From assembly GCA_034408725.1 (NCBI GenBank), contig JAWXCN010000192.1, positions 1-27,378 on the forward strand: a stretch of DNA of 27,378 bases, written 5' to 3'. Positions 25,794 to 27,378 of this stretch are shown here, piece after piece. Each line of letters begins with the position of its first letter. Positions within the stretch are counted from its first letter, which is position 1. The translations under genes and the position numbers were made by a program. Origin of the DNA: Candidatus Hydrogenedentota bacterium. GTDB lineage: Bacteria; Hydrogenedentota; Hydrogenedentia; Hydrogenedentales; SLHB01. The notes under the pieces are model-generated. The model worked only from the letters and a program-made list of their open reading frames with translations. It searched no databases and was not told the DNA's origin.

Positions 25794-26480
25794 ATGTTTG
25801 ATGACGAGCCAAAGAGCCTTGAAGAATCACTCGTGGCAACACTAGCCCGAACGGATTTGCGAGATACGATAACTGAACTCTCCGAAGTTGGTCTTGATGC
25901 ACTTTTTGATGACGGAGTTGCCCGGGACGTGCCGATAATCGGAACGCTTTTCTCGTTAGCCTCGGGAGTCATGACAATTCGCGACCGACTTTTTGCAAAG
26001 AAAGTTCTGCGGTTTTTGGCCGCACTCGACGACATTCCGAGGGAAGAACGGCAAGCCCAAATAGATCACATGGCTGCGGATCCGAAGGAGCGTAGGCGTA
26101 TAGGTGAACAACTAATTCTATTGTTGGATCGGCTAAACGATATGGGCAAGCCTGCCCTGCTGGCCAAAGCGTTTCAGGCATTCCTGAAAGACCAGATTGA
26201 GCGCGCACAGTTTCAAGCTTTGGCCAACGCAATAGACGGCATACTTCCGGAGAACGTGGGCATTTTCAAGTCGCGGATGGATGCGCGAGGCAGAATTCAT
26301 GATCGAGAGTCCGATGATGCTACGGCAAACTTCATGCAGTGCGGACTCGTCGTTTTGAAACTTGAAGACATCGACACTACCGCCCGCTGGGGAGATGGAA
26401 GTGTCACATTGGCTCGCCCAGGCTACTACGCTACGAGCCGTTTGGGCTCCTTGTTCTACGAAATAGTATTAAAAAACTGA
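25794..26480 (+). CDS. Hypothetical protein (228 aa, mostly helical) nested between res and mod
   Basis: Clean ORF co-oriented with res, 31 nt downstream. N-terminal segment LDALFDDGVARDVPIIGTL...RDRLFAKKVLRFL and a possible C-terminal winged-helix-like end (CGLV...YYATSRLG). Confidence 0.78.
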   Translation: MFDDEPKSLEESLVATLARTDLRDTITELSEVGLDALFDDGVARDVPIIGTLFSLASGVMTIRDRLFAKKVLRFLAALDDIPREERQAQIDHMAADPKERRRIGEQLILLLDRLNDMGKPALLAKAFQAFLKDQIERAQFQALANAIDGILPENVGIFKSRMDARGRIHDRESDDATANFMQCGLVVLKLEDIDTTARWGDGSVTLARPGYYATSRLGSLFYEIVLKN

Positions 26481-26500
26481 ATCCACGACTCGCAAAACCG

Positions 26501-26533
26501 ATGCATCAAAGTAGTCATCATTTGATGTATACT
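26501..26533 (+). promoter_or_regulatory. vapBC promoter/operator: inverted repeat overlapping a TATACT -10 box
   Basis: ATGCATCAAA-N10-TTTGATGTAT (9 of 10 complementary), TATACT at 26528-26533 and GGGAGG SD before the GTG at 26564. Confidence 0.65.
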
Positions 26534-26563
26534 GCACGGAACGATTAGGGAGGGACGGATGCC

Positions 26564-26761
26564 GTGAGAACTACCATCAACCTCGACGAACAACTCCTGG
26601 GCAAGGCCCAGCGCATCACCGGCGTGACTGAGCGCACATCACTCATCCACGCTGGTCTGCTCGCGCTCATCGAGCGCGAAAGCGCGCGCCGCCTGGCCCG
26701 ACTGGGCGGCAGCGAACCCAAGGCGAGTGCGCCGCCCCGGCGACGGGCCAGGCCCGCATGA
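26564..26761 (+). CDS. vapB: VapB-family antitoxin (ribbon-helix-helix)
   Basis: MRTTINLDEQLL..AQRITG...RTSLI..GL.ALIERESARRLARLGGSEP; ATGA overlap with the toxin gene. Confidence 0.88.
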   Translation: MRTTINLDEQLLGKAQRITGVTERTSLIHAGLLALIERESARRLARLGGSEPKASAPPRRRARPA

Positions 26762-27129
26762 TTTTGGTCGACACCTCGGTCTGGATTGACCACCTCCGCC
26801 ATGGAGACAAAGCCATTCAGGAGGTCCTCAATGCGGATCGCGCGGTAATGCATCCCTTCGTGCTCGGCGAACTGGCTTGCGGCAACCTCAAGAACCGGCG
26901 CGAACTCCTGAGTCTGTGGGCGGACCTTCCCGCGGCGCGCATGGCCACCGACGAAGAGGCCCTCGCGTTTATCGAGCGGCGCGCGTTGATGGGCAAGGGC
27001 ATCGGGTATATGGATGTCCACCTGCTCGCGTCCGTGGCGCTCGACGCCGGCACGCGCCTGTGGACGCGCGATAAACGGCTCGCCACGGTGGCCGAATCGC
27101 TGCATTTGAATTTCGCGGAACACAAATAG
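26758..27129 (+). CDS. vapC: VapC-family PIN-domain toxin
   Basis: MILVDTSVWIDHLR, VLGELACG, GIGYMDVHLLAS and LWTRDKRL supply the conserved acidic PIN residues. Confidence 0.92.
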   Translation: MILVDTSVWIDHLRHGDKAIQEVLNADRAVMHPFVLGELACGNLKNRRELLSLWADLPAARMATDEEALAFIERRALMGKGIGYMDVHLLASVALDAGTRLWTRDKRLATVAESLHLNFAEHK

Positions 27130-27138
27130 GAACTGCGC

Positions 27139-27378
27139 ATGGCAAAGAAATCGGCGGGATCGAAGTCCACCAAAACAGTCACGACCCTCACCCACGACGA
27201 AGCGAAGCGGAAGAACATTCCCACGGCGGAGCATCAGTCTGTCGTGGCGAAGGAGGCGCTGGACCCGATTCGTGTCGCGTATGAGCGGCGGAACCGCGAC
27301 CTGGACCCGCAGTTGGTGTGGCGCGGGAAGGATGAGCAGGATTGGTCAGACCTCGTGGTGCAGGCGCCGCCGCTGTAC
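27139..27378 (+). CDS. 5' end of a site-specific DNA methyltransferase (Type III Mod subunit), truncated by window edge
   Basis: ATG at 27139, open to the end: MAKKSAGSKSTKTVTTLTHDEAKRKNIPTAEHQS...RNRDLDPQLVWRGKDEQDWSDLVVQAPPLY. The NIPTAE and DPQLVW.GK motifs are typical N-termini of the Mod partners of this Res family. Catalytic motifs lie outside the window. Confidence 0.8.
   Translation, partial: MAKKSAGSKSTKTVTTLTHDEAKRKNIPTAEHQSVVAKEALDPIRVAYERRNRDLDPQLVWRGKDEQDWSDLVVQAPPLY

Larger units (their letters stand above)
17188..27378. mobile_element. tRNA-integrated genomic island / satellite-like integrative element (distal end outside the window)
   Basis: Integrase abuts and overlaps the tRNA 3' end, followed by primase-helicase, AlpA and HTH genes, then RM and TA cargo. 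Base composition is visibly more AT-rich than rpoD/dnaE over 17188-22690. Confidence 0.88.

Noticed and set aside
26758-27129. VapC specifically targeting the CAT-anticodon tRNA used as the integration site
   Set aside because: Some VapCs cut tRNA-fMet, but target specificity cannot be read from this sequence, so the link is unsupported.

Overview
Bacterial chromosomal window with two parts. Positions 1-17187 are host backbone, GC-rich and probably from a PVC-like or Candidatus Hydrogenedentes-type organism (inferred from the DUF1559 motifs). It holds the 3' end of a TPR protein, an SLC13/TrkA-C permease, lipB, a membrane protein, a DCC thiol-disulfide protein, dnaE, cinA/pncC, a secreted lectin-like/Calx-beta/galactose-oxidase-type copper radical oxidase, an ankyrin lipoprotein, a DUF1559 prepilin-like protein, dnaG, rpoD, a REP-like repeat cluster and a tRNA with anticodon CAT (most likely tRNA-Ile2). 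From about 17188 to the window end is an integrative element inserted at that tRNA. Its compact minus-strand core is HTH protein > AlpA/Xis > Zn-finger/TOPRIM/AAA primase-helicase > iteron-like repeats > tyrosine integrase. The integrase ORF reads through the att arm and takes its stop codon from the antisense strand of the tRNA. Divergent cargo follows: Type III restriction Res, an unknown protein, a vapBC pair and the 5' end of the Mod methyltransferase. The best candidate for a new system is this minimalist, satellite-like defence island with accessory genes nested between res and mod. Its other att end is not in the window.
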